The position numbers and the translations under genes are program-made. The notes under the pieces are model-generated. The model was given only the letters and a program-made list of their open reading frames with translations. It searched no databases and was not told the origin of the DNA. Below are positions 28,542 through 36,276 of a DNA stretch of 64,000 bases, one piece after another. Origin of the DNA: Desulfobacteraceae bacterium (GTDB taxonomy: Bacteria > Desulfobacterota > Desulfobacteria > Desulfobacterales > JACKCP01); NCBI GenBank assembly GCA_020633955.1, contig JACKCP010000006.1:34404-98403 (forward strand). Reading direction: 5' to 3'. Within the stretch, counting starts at the first letter, position 1. Each line of letters begins with the position of its first letter.

Positions 28542-29336
28542 TCAAGATCTTCTAACATAGTGTGCAAACTCAACTCCCTGATTAACCAATTCAGACTTTC
28601 CCCTGTTTGTAAGATCTGAAATAAACCTTGTTTGGTGTACTGAATTAACAGGGTATGCCTTGAGCCGATAATGAGTTCCCCAGGGTTTTTCTTTTACAGC
28701 AACATTTACTGAAGAATTGAAAAACAGATATGGACTTGTCAAGGCAACATCTTCAAGTATTTCAATAATTTTATCACTGTCATGGCGATGATCCACATAA
28801 AAATCTGCTGTACACTGAAGCCTTGGTTCTCCATTATTTGAATTAATAACAGGCTGATTCCAGAGAGTGGAATGAGGAATCATGACTCTGTCATCATCAA
28901 GTGTTATAACTTCAACAGTCCTCATCCCCACGTTGTATACTTCTCCATATATGTCACCAACTCTTATCCAGTCTCCATTCCTGTAATTTCTTTCTCCAAC
29001 AGCAACAATTCCTGCAATAAGACTGCTTGCATAATCCTTTAATGCAAAACCAATCGCAAGACCTGCTGTACCAAAAAGAGCAAACATGTTCTCAAATGAT
29101 GGCTCAATTACAATAGGCAGAATAAACATAAAAGAGACAATGATAAGAAAAAGCCTTGCAAAAGGAACCAGAGCAAGAGTTGTAAGCTTTTTCTGACCAT
29201 GAAGACGCTTACTGATCCATCTTAATCCATTCTGAACCCCAGAAATAATCATTAGAGATACAATAACAATTATTACAATTTCAATAATTGTCCACATATC
29301 TATTGTCTTAAAAACATGAAAAGCCTTATTTTCCAT
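28542..29336 (-). CDS. Small-conductance mechanosensitive channel (MscS family)
   Basis: Three N-terminal TM segments, then GTAGLAIGFALKDYASSLIAGI, then the beta-domain GDWIRVGDIYGEVYNVGMRTVEVITLDDDRVMIPHS. Confidence 0.82.
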   Translation of the reverse strand: MENKAFHVFKTIDMWTIIEIVIIVIVSLMIISGVQNGLRWISKRLHGQKKLTTLALVPFARLFLIIVSFMFILPIVIEPSFENMFALFGTAGLAIGFALKDYASSLIAGIVAVGERNYRNGDWIRVGDIYGEVYNVGMRTVEVITLDDDRVMIPHSTLWNQPVINSNNGEPRLQCTADFYVDHRHDSDKIIEILEDVALTSPYLFFNSSVNVAVKEKPWGTHYRLKAYPVNSVHQTRFISDLTNRGKSELVNQGVEFAHYVRRS

Positions 29337-29357
29337 ATTTTATTCCATTACATGCAG

Positions 29358-30551
29358 TTAGAATTTATCTACAAGATAATCCCTTTCAAAAAAAAGCTTT
29401 CTCACTTTAAAAAAAGCAGATTCAGATACACTGAGCTCATTATTTCTTTTTTTTAAAAAGCCAGAATTTAAGAGATCCAAAATCATATTTTTACAGCTAG
29501 ATTTTGAAAATGGAAGAATTTTTATAAGAATATCATGAGAAATACTCCCATGAAGCATAATTGTATGAAGAATAATTACGGACTCATCTCCAGGTACTGA
29601 TGAAAAAACCGGTTCAGAAATATCAGGAATAACCCAGATAAGAGTTTCATTTAATCCTTTTTTAACAGAGGGAATCAAGTCATTGTGACCTGAGCTGTTA
29701 TTTTCCAGACGAAGACTGTCTTTCCAGAATTTTAAAGAGAGAAAAATATTTCCTCTGCAATAAGCAGCAATTTTTGTAATTAATGGATCTGCAGCTTCAT
29801 TTTTTGAGACGGTCCCTCCTATTTTCCTGCCGTTTGAAATATTTAAAAATTTGAATTTTGTATAACTTGCCCCACCTGAAGAAGCAGCAATCATTCTGAT
29901 TAATTTTTCACCGTCAAAAGACTGTAAGGTTATTGAATTTTTTAAAGGGAGTTTCAAAACCATCTGGAGATAAGCCCATGGAAAACTATGGCACCCGATA
30001 ACTCCCTTTCCAAGCTCACCATTTTCTGCCAAATGCAGTAATTTTCTGATTTTTTTCAATCCATTCACATGACGGATAAAATATTTTTCAAGCTCCGGTA
30101 TTACCCATATTCTGCCCTCTTCAGGAAGATTAAAAGAAAGTTTATCAAAATCAGAAAAAATGTCTTCACTGGATGGAGGGGAAATAACACATGCATCGTT
30201 ATTTTCTGCCCATAACCTTAATATTTCGGAATTTTTAGAACAGTGCTGTCCTACAACATAAGTCACATAATTTTTTGTATCATGATTTTCAAGCCAGCCT
30301 TCAAGGCACTCTCCCAACGCATCTGATAAATCCTTTAAATTAACGTCAGGTGCAACAAATTTTTCAAGCCTGTCAGGAAGGACAAACAAGTCCTGCTCAC
30401 TGCCTTTGAACATTTCTTCATGCTTGTTATTATTGAAAGCAAAAAAATTTTTTAGGGATTTAAATGTATTTTCAGCCAGACTTACTGTAGGTATTGGAGG
30501 AATGCAATAGTTTCCAATGGGAACATATTCATAAATATTTCCTTGTTTCAT
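29358..30551 (-). CDS. Hypothetical protein, 397 aa; possibly a degenerate P-loop-like fold plus a C-terminal winged-helix-like region
   Basis: Uninterrupted ORF 21 nt upstream of the MscS gene. VVGQHCSKNS and RIWVIPELE look like decayed Walker A/B motifs, judged by eye only. Confidence 0.55.
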   Translation of the reverse strand: MKQGNIYEYVPIGNYCIPPIPTVSLAENTFKSLKNFFAFNNNKHEEMFKGSEQDLFVLPDRLEKFVAPDVNLKDLSDALGECLEGWLENHDTKNYVTYVVGQHCSKNSEILRLWAENNDACVISPPSSEDIFSDFDKLSFNLPEEGRIWVIPELEKYFIRHVNGLKKIRKLLHLAENGELGKGVIGCHSFPWAYLQMVLKLPLKNSITLQSFDGEKLIRMIAASSGGASYTKFKFLNISNGRKIGGTVSKNEAADPLITKIAAYCRGNIFLSLKFWKDSLRLENNSSGHNDLIPSVKKGLNETLIWVIPDISEPVFSSVPGDESVIILHTIMLHGSISHDILIKILPFSKSSCKNMILDLLNSGFLKKRNNELSVSESAFFKVRKLFFERDYLVDKF

Positions 30552-30586
30552 GACTTTTCCTAATATAATTGCTTAATCAAAACTGT

Positions 30587-30710
30587 CTTTTTTGCCAATT
30601 TCGACGTAAGATTCAAAATTTAATCTTCAAAATACTCCATTTATTCCTGCTGTTAGATTTGGCTTCTTCCATAAATGAACAAAAAATTCCAGTTTTTGGC
30701 CAGTCATTAT
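30587..30710 (-). repeat. Intergenic repeat family B, copy B1 (mini-ORF on the minus strand, 30640-30620)
   Basis: The minus strand reads ...AGGAATAAATGGAGTATTTTGAAGATTAAATTTTGAATC... This copy lies in the 5' region of the 397-aa gene, whose start is at 30551 on the same strand. Confidence 0.7.
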
Positions 30711-30871
30711 TGTTTTAAAACAAATCAATTAAATTGGAAAATAAAATTCCAATTTAGGTTGAGAGTTTTTTGGAAATTAAGTAATTAAATCTTTACACAA
30801 AAAAACCTCATGTTATATGACAGTATTCAGTATTTTAATTAAAACAACTTAAAAGAGCAGGGAAGAAAACA

Positions 30872-32725
30872 ATGCATAAACTTTTACAGGGTGAACCCGA
30901 AAGCAGACACTTCCTACTTGGAAATGAAGCTATTGCAAGAGGTGCTATTGAAGCAGGAGTTGCATTTGCTACAACCTATCCTGGCACACCATCATCTGAA
31001 ATTTCCGCAAACCTGTTTGAAATTTCAAAGGAAACTGATCTTTATTTTGAGTACAGCTCAAATGAAAAAATAGCATTGGAGCTTGCATCTGCATCAGCAA
31101 ACTCAGGGCTTAGAACTCTTTGCCTGATGAAACATGTTGGAGTAAACGTTGCGGCCGATGTTCTTATGACTCTTGCATATCTTGGAGTTAAAAAAGGTCT
31201 TGTCCTTCTTACAGCAGATGATCCGTTCATGTTCTCAAGTCAGAATGAACAGGATAACAGATATTATGGAAGACTTGCCGGGATTCCTGTTCTTGAGCCT
31301 TCTTCAGTAGACGAGGCAAAGGAAATGATTAAATATGCCTTCGATCTTTCAGAGCAGCTCAATGAACCTGTTATTTTCAGAACAACAACAAGGGTTAACC
31401 ATTCTTCTGGAATAGTTGAATTCAAAGACATTGCTGCTCCTCAAACAAAGGGAGAATTCATCAAGGATCCGATGAATTACGTTTCTGTACCAGCAGTATC
31501 AAGAAAAAGACATAAGGTCTTACTGGACAACCTTGAAAAAGCTGCAACAATTTCAGACTCATGCTCATATAATTTTATTAAGGGAAAAGGCAGTCTTGGA
31601 ATTATTTGTAATGGAGTTAGTTACTCATATGTATGCGACTCACTGAAAGACCTTGGAATTGAAGACAAGGTAAAAATACTTAGACCAGGTCTTTCCCATC
31701 CAATGCCTGATGCTCTCATAAAAGAATTTTTGAAAGACACTGAAAAAGTTCTTGTGGTTGAAGAAGGTGAACCTATCATGGAGGAATATGTACGTTCAGT
31801 TGCACAGACAGAAAAAATAGCATGTGAAATTAAGGGTAAACACAAAGACCTTTTATCAAGGCTTTATGAGTTTAATCCATCAATAGTAAGAAGCGCTGTT
31901 GCTAATTTTTTCGGATTTGAAAACAAAAGTGCAAAGCCTGTAGATACTTCAGATCTTCCTGTTTTACCAAACAGACCTCCAAACCTTTGTGCAGGATGCT
32001 CCCATAGAGCAGTTTTTTATGCTGCAAAAAAAGCAGGCGGAGCTGAAACACTTTACCCTTCAGATATTGGATGCTACACACTTGGATTCCTTCCTCCAGT
32101 AGGAATGGGTGATTTTGTTCTGTGCATGGGAGCCTCAATTGGTACTGCATGCGGTTTTTCAAAAAGCACAGGAAAAAACACACTTGCCTTTATAGGAGAT
32201 TCAACTTTTTTCCATTCAGGAATTAACGGCCTTTTAAATGCAGTTTTCAATAATCATGATATTACAGTTGTAATTCTTGACAACCGAACAACAGCAATGA
32301 CAGGTCATCAGCCAAATCCGGGTGTTGACATGACAGAGCTTGGATTTGAAAACTACAATCAGATAGATATTGAAGCTGTAGTAAAAAGTCTTGGGGTTGG
32401 ATATGTTCAGACTGTAAAACCATACAATATCAGAAAAACCCAGGAAGCCATTGAAGAGGCAATGAAATTTAAAGGAGTTTCAGTTGTTATTGCCAAGGAA
32501 AAATGTGTTCTTTACGCCAAGCAGCTAGGTCAGGGTAAAAAGACCGTATTCCAGGTTAATCAGGATAAATGCAAAAACCACAGAAACTGTGTGAACGACC
32601 TTGGATGTCCCGCATTTTACATAGAAAATGACCAGGTCAATATTAACCCTGATATGTGTACAGGCTGTTCGGTCTGTGCCCAGATTTGCCCTGAAAATGC
32701 AATATCTCCGGTAAAAATCAAATAA
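30872..32725 (+). CDS. iorA: Indolepyruvate:ferredoxin oxidoreductase, alpha subunit
   Basis: N-terminal LLGNEAIARGAIEAGVAFATTYPGTPSSEI, the TPP motif GDSTFFHSG, and a C-terminal ferredoxin-like CxxCxxCxxxCP (CTGCSVCAQICPENAI). The 617-aa size is typical and the gene is followed by iorB. Confidence 0.9.
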   Translation: MHKLLQGEPESRHFLLGNEAIARGAIEAGVAFATTYPGTPSSEISANLFEISKETDLYFEYSSNEKIALELASASANSGLRTLCLMKHVGVNVAADVLMTLAYLGVKKGLVLLTADDPFMFSSQNEQDNRYYGRLAGIPVLEPSSVDEAKEMIKYAFDLSEQLNEPVIFRTTTRVNHSSGIVEFKDIAAPQTKGEFIKDPMNYVSVPAVSRKRHKVLLDNLEKAATISDSCSYNFIKGKGSLGIICNGVSYSYVCDSLKDLGIEDKVKILRPGLSHPMPDALIKEFLKDTEKVLVVEEGEPIMEEYVRSVAQTEKIACEIKGKHKDLLSRLYEFNPSIVRSAVANFFGFENKSAKPVDTSDLPVLPNRPPNLCAGCSHRAVFYAAKKAGGAETLYPSDIGCYTLGFLPPVGMGDFVLCMGASIGTACGFSKSTGKNTLAFIGDSTFFHSGINGLLNAVFNNHDITVVILDNRTTAMTGHQPNPGVDMTELGFENYNQIDIEAVVKSLGVGYVQTVKPYNIRKTQEAIEEAMKFKGVSVVIAKEKCVLYAKQLGQGKKTVFQVNQDKCKNHRNCVNDLGCPAFYIENDQVNINPDMCTGCSVCAQICPENAISPVKIK

Positions 32726-32744
32726 AAACACAAGGATAAATACC

Positions 32745-33347
32745 ATGAGCAATATAACTAAACTTATAATAGTTGCAGTAGGCGGACAGGGAAACCTTCT
32801 TGCCTCAAAAATTCTTGGAGAAGCAGCTCTTGATGCCGGAATTCAGGTTCAGATGAGTGAGATTCACGGAATGGCACAAAGAGGAGGAGTTGTAGAATCT
32901 TCCATCCTTTTTGGTGATGCAAAAAGCTCAATAATTGCAGACGGAGAAGCAGATATTCTTCTTGGATTTGAGCCTCTTGAATCATTAAGGGCTGTTGCAA
33001 AGTGCAACAAGAACACGGAAATAATTACAAATATGAGACCTCTACAGCCTTTTACGTCGGCAATAGGTCTTGCGAAATATCCTGAAACAGAAGAAATTGA
33101 AAAACTGTTAAAGGCAAAGTCAAAAAACTTCCTTGGATTCGATGCAACAAAACTTGCAATTGAAGCTGGAACTTCACTTAGTCTTAACATGGTTTTGCTT
33201 GGTGCCCTTGCACAAAGAAATCTTATACCCATAGGAAAAGATCTTATTGAAAAAACAATAAGGGAAAAAACCAAGAAGCAATTTGCAGAAACCAACCTTA
33301 AGGCTTTTAATGCAGGATTTGATAAAGCTTTGGAACTTGGGGTATAA
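32745..33347 (+). CDS. iorB: Indolepyruvate:ferredoxin oxidoreductase, beta subunit
   Basis: 200 aa, with the VGGQGNLLASKILGEAAL motif typical of 2-oxoacid:ferredoxin oxidoreductase gamma/IorB domains. It lies immediately downstream of iorA. Confidence 0.88.
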   Translation: MSNITKLIIVAVGGQGNLLASKILGEAALDAGIQVQMSEIHGMAQRGGVVESSILFGDAKSSIIADGEADILLGFEPLESLRAVAKCNKNTEIITNMRPLQPFTSAIGLAKYPETEEIEKLLKAKSKNFLGFDATKLAIEAGTSLSLNMVLLGALAQRNLIPIGKDLIEKTIREKTKKQFAETNLKAFNAGFDKALELGV

Positions 33348-33348
33348 A

Positions 33349-34833
33349 GTGAAAAAAACAACAGGAATCATATATTCAATTCTGATTTGTTTATTTTTTC
33401 CGTTGTATGTTTTTTCAGGAGAAAAAACACCTGTTTATATTGAAAAGTTTAAAATTCATTCTTCTGATAAGAATGATGAATATATTTCAGAGGGTATCAA
33501 TTCTGTTCTTACGGGATTGATATCCCCCATAAACGGGATAAAAATAAGCGAAGAATATAAAAATGAGGGTTTTATAATTTCAGGAAGCATTGTAATAATA
33601 GACAACTCTTCCATTACATCGGCATCTTTAAAATACAATAAGCAAATTCTGGAGTCATTTAACAAAAAAAACGAAAAAAAATCTGATATTTTAAATAATA
33701 TCAATGATTTTGCTTTAATATGCAAAAAAATAATCGAAAATAAAGCCGTTAATCAAAAACCTCAGATGCCTTTAAATGAAATTAAACCTTCATATAATGA
33801 AACCCAGATGGAAATACTTTTTGTAAGCAATCCAATTACAGAAGAGATTAAAAGTATTTCATGTATTGATATAAACAATGATAAAAAAAAAGAGTTAGCC
33901 TGGATTACAGAAAAAAAACTCACAATTTCTTCCTTTTTGAACAATGAACTTGATGTGATTTCTTCAGTTGATATCCCAACTGAACTAACTCCTCTTTCAC
34001 TGGAGTCCCTGAAAATCCGCGGAACTGAAATGCTGATTGCAAACCTGTTTGATGATAAGGCAAAAAACTTCAAAGCAAGACTTTATTATTTTGATGACAA
34101 ATCAAAAATGCTTATGGAAGATAAAAGCTTTCCAGACAATTATTTTTACAAATCTTCATATTCAGTTTCCGGTGAAAAATTCATAATTGCCAGAAAAGGT
34201 GATAATTTCAAAACAAGCCTTTTCAGAGGGAATATCAAGATACTTGATTCAAAAGATTTCAGCTTTAAGGACATGGAAATTCAAAAAGAGTTTGAATTTT
34301 TTCCCTCACTAGTAACAGGCAATTATACAAAAAATGATGGAAAAGAATGGGTAAGCCTTGATTCAAAAGGTTCAATAACAATTTTTACAAGTAATTTTGA
34401 TAAGGTTTTTGAAACTGATTCAGCCTTTGGCGGTTCGGTTACTTATGCAAATTACGAAACCAAGGGAAGAGATGAAATTGATTCAAGATATTTTTTCCCA
34501 ACCAGATTAATTCCTGTTCTTATGGGAAATGGAAAAACCATGCTTTTGACCATAAAAAACAAAGATGGAGGAAGCAGACTGCTCCAACGGCTAAGATTTT
34601 TTAAGGAAGGTTCAATCAGCGGTCTTATGTGGGATAAAATTTCATTTGAAGAATTTTTTTCATCACGAATATTCAAAGGATGGATATCTGATTTCCAGAT
34701 CTGTGATATTGATATGGACGGCAGAAAAGAAATAATTATTGCAAACCCCCAAAAAGCAAAGAGTTTTACTAAAAATCCTGAAACCAGAATTATTATTATC
34801 CCCTTTGAAAAAAGCCTTTCAGATAATAAGTAA
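33349..34833 (+). CDS. Secreted or membrane-anchored hypothetical protein with FG-GAP/VCBS-like motif
   Basis: I place the start at the GTG at 33349 (VKKTTGIIYSILICLFFPLYVFSG, signal-like), 1 nt after the iorB stop. The track ORF start at 33283 overlaps iorB. The Ca-binding-like motif CDIDMDGRKEIIIAN lies near the C-terminus. Confidence 0.6.
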   Translation: MKKTTGIIYSILICLFFPLYVFSGEKTPVYIEKFKIHSSDKNDEYISEGINSVLTGLISPINGIKISEEYKNEGFIISGSIVIIDNSSITSASLKYNKQILESFNKKNEKKSDILNNINDFALICKKIIENKAVNQKPQMPLNEIKPSYNETQMEILFVSNPITEEIKSISCIDINNDKKKELAWITEKKLTISSFLNNELDVISSVDIPTELTPLSLESLKIRGTEMLIANLFDDKAKNFKARLYYFDDKSKMLMEDKSFPDNYFYKSSYSVSGEKFIIARKGDNFKTSLFRGNIKILDSKDFSFKDMEIQKEFEFFPSLVTGNYTKNDGKEWVSLDSKGSITIFTSNFDKVFETDSAFGGSVTYANYETKGRDEIDSRYFFPTRLIPVLMGNGKTMLLTIKNKDGGSRLLQRLRFFKEGSISGLMWDKISFEEFFSSRIFKGWISDFQICDIDMDGRKEIIIANPQKAKSFTKNPETRIIIIPFEKSLSDNK

Positions 34834-34854
34834 TTTTTTGGAAAACAAAAGCTT

Positions 34855-34960
34855 GTTTCATTTACGACGATTCAAAATTTAACCGTAGAAATACATTAAG
34901 TATTTTGAGGATTAAATTTTGAATCAGGCTTTCAATGGACTAAAAAATTTTGGTTAAACC
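34855..34960 (+). repeat. Intergenic repeat family B, degenerate copy B4 with head-to-head core duplication (hairpin)
   Basis: gattcaaaatttaacc (34869-34884) and ggattaaattttgaatc (34909-34925) are inverted. The right arm aligns with the B core, but the mini-ORF start is lost (ATT AAG TAT TTT GAG GAT TAA). Confidence 0.5.
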
Positions 34961-35108
34961 TCAAATTTAAAAAACCTCCGGTTTAGATATTAATAAAATG
35001 TTTTATAATTACCAATTATGAAAACAAAACAAAAAATTCAAATAAAGTCATATTTTTAAAATAAATCAGTATATATCACTATATATCAATAGATTCAGCA
35101 ATATTTCA

Positions 35109-35191
35109 TTGACAATTTGTTACCATTAACTATTTAATATCTGTTGAAAAACTAATTTTTGTTTGACAGACAGATTAATATTCAATAAATT
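35109..35191 (+). promoter_or_regulatory. Two tandem sigma-70-like promoter candidates in a very AT-rich 490-bp intergenic region
   Basis: TTGACA (35109-35114) - 16 nt - TATTTA (35131-35136), and TTGACA (35163-35168) - 17 nt - TAAATT (35186-35191). Both lie upstream of the ORF starting at 35326. Confidence 0.35.
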
Positions 35192-35325
35192 ACGCAAATA
35201 TTAAGATGAGAGTTTTCTAAGAGGGGGAATTAATAACCATCTTAATTGTTTTTTATTTAACAATGATTATTTATTAAATAAATAATACAAAAAAACCCCA
35301 AAAAAGGGAGTAAGGACTTAACGTT

Positions 35326-35940
35326 ATGAATGAATTCCTTCAGCATTTAAGAGCAACAAGTAATGATCGAAGAAGAAACAATAAAAACTATAAAAACAAT
35401 GATGGAAACATAGGTAATCACCATCCCGAAAGAAGAAGCGGGAATGACAGAAGACTCAGAGCGCCCAAGCCATCAGGCATAAAAGAAGAAGCAATAACTG
35501 CATTGAGACAATCAATTGATGAAATTCAAAATGCCGTTCAGGATCATATCCTTGTACTGGAAAGAAATACTGACGCACAGGAAAGACAGGCTGAAGCTCT
35601 TGAACATATAGCAGATATGTTTGCAGTTTTTCTTGAAAGACTTGATGATGCTCCAGCAGTACACCAGGAAGCTATTCCAAGGGAAGCAGAAATTCTTGAT
35701 GAAAGTAACCTGATGATGAGTGCCGAGGAAGCTGACCAGGTAAAAAAGACAAGCAGGACATATATTCTTAATTTAATCCAGAGTCTCAGAGACAAAAACT
35801 CAACCTATGATGAAATTGCTCTTTATCTTACAGAAAATGACTTCCCTACTTTTTCAGGAAGAGGAAGATGGCACGCACAAACCATCCACAGACTCTGTCA
35901 GGAAATTAAAAAAGCCAAAGCAAAAAAAATGAGACATTAA
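35326..35940 (+). CDS. Hypothetical protein, 204 aa: Arg/Asn-rich N-terminus, acidic helical centre, C-terminal recombinase-like helix-turn-helix
   Basis: GGGAG lies 13 nt upstream of the ATG, so this RBS is weakly placed. The C-terminal STYDEIALYLTENDFPTFSGRGRWHAQTIHRLC resembles, by eye, the LN..G.PT..G..W....V..IL pattern of the serine-recombinase 'Recombinase' domain. Confidence 0.6.
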   Translation: MNEFLQHLRATSNDRRRNNKNYKNNDGNIGNHHPERRSGNDRRLRAPKPSGIKEEAITALRQSIDEIQNAVQDHILVLERNTDAQERQAEALEHIADMFAVFLERLDDAPAVHQEAIPREAEILDESNLMMSAEEADQVKKTSRTYILNLIQSLRDKNSTYDEIALYLTENDFPTFSGRGRWHAQTIHRLCQEIKKAKAKKMRH

Positions 35941-35997
35941 AAACCATAGTTTTCTTAAAGGCAGGAATAACCCTGCCTTATCCAAACCACAAAAAAA

Positions 35998-36276
35998 TTA
36001 TCTCTTAATCTGTGAAAGGTATTCACCCCATTCCATAGGAAGAAGATTTTTCTTTTTATTATTGCATTCTTTGCATGAACATACCAGATTTCCCTTTGTG
36101 CTTTTTCCGCCTCTTGACATGGGAACAACATGATCCATTGTAAGATCTTCAGGTAAAAATGAATTTCCGCAATAAAAACAAACTCCCTTGGAAAGTTTAC
36201 GTTTCCACCATTGACTGTTTCTCAGCTCCCTGGCCTTTGACTTTTCCTTTTTAATATCCTTATCATCAACAAACAT
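35998..36276 (-). CDS. Small stand-alone HNH endonuclease-family protein (92 aa)
   Basis: CFYCGNSF...DHVVPMSRGG...NLVCSCKECNNKK shows the HNH fold with two Cys pairs. The ATG at 36276 directly abuts the era stop codon at 36277-36279. Confidence 0.85.
   Translation of the reverse strand: MFVDDKDIKKEKSKARELRNSQWWKRKLSKGVCFYCGNSFLPEDLTMDHVVPMSRGGKSTKGNLVCSCKECNNKKKNLLPMEWGEYLSQIKR

Noticed and set aside
33283-33348. N-terminal extensions of track ORFs that overlap upstream genes or repeats. Examples are 33283 (overlaps iorB), 52226 (overlaps cysE), 57750 (overlaps the NTPase gene), 15200 (runs into repeat C1), 18325 and 25641.
   Set aside because: In each case a downstream in-frame start has a better RBS or gives a sensible N-terminus (a signal peptide or a conserved family start). 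The extensions would overlap neighbouring genes or repeats.
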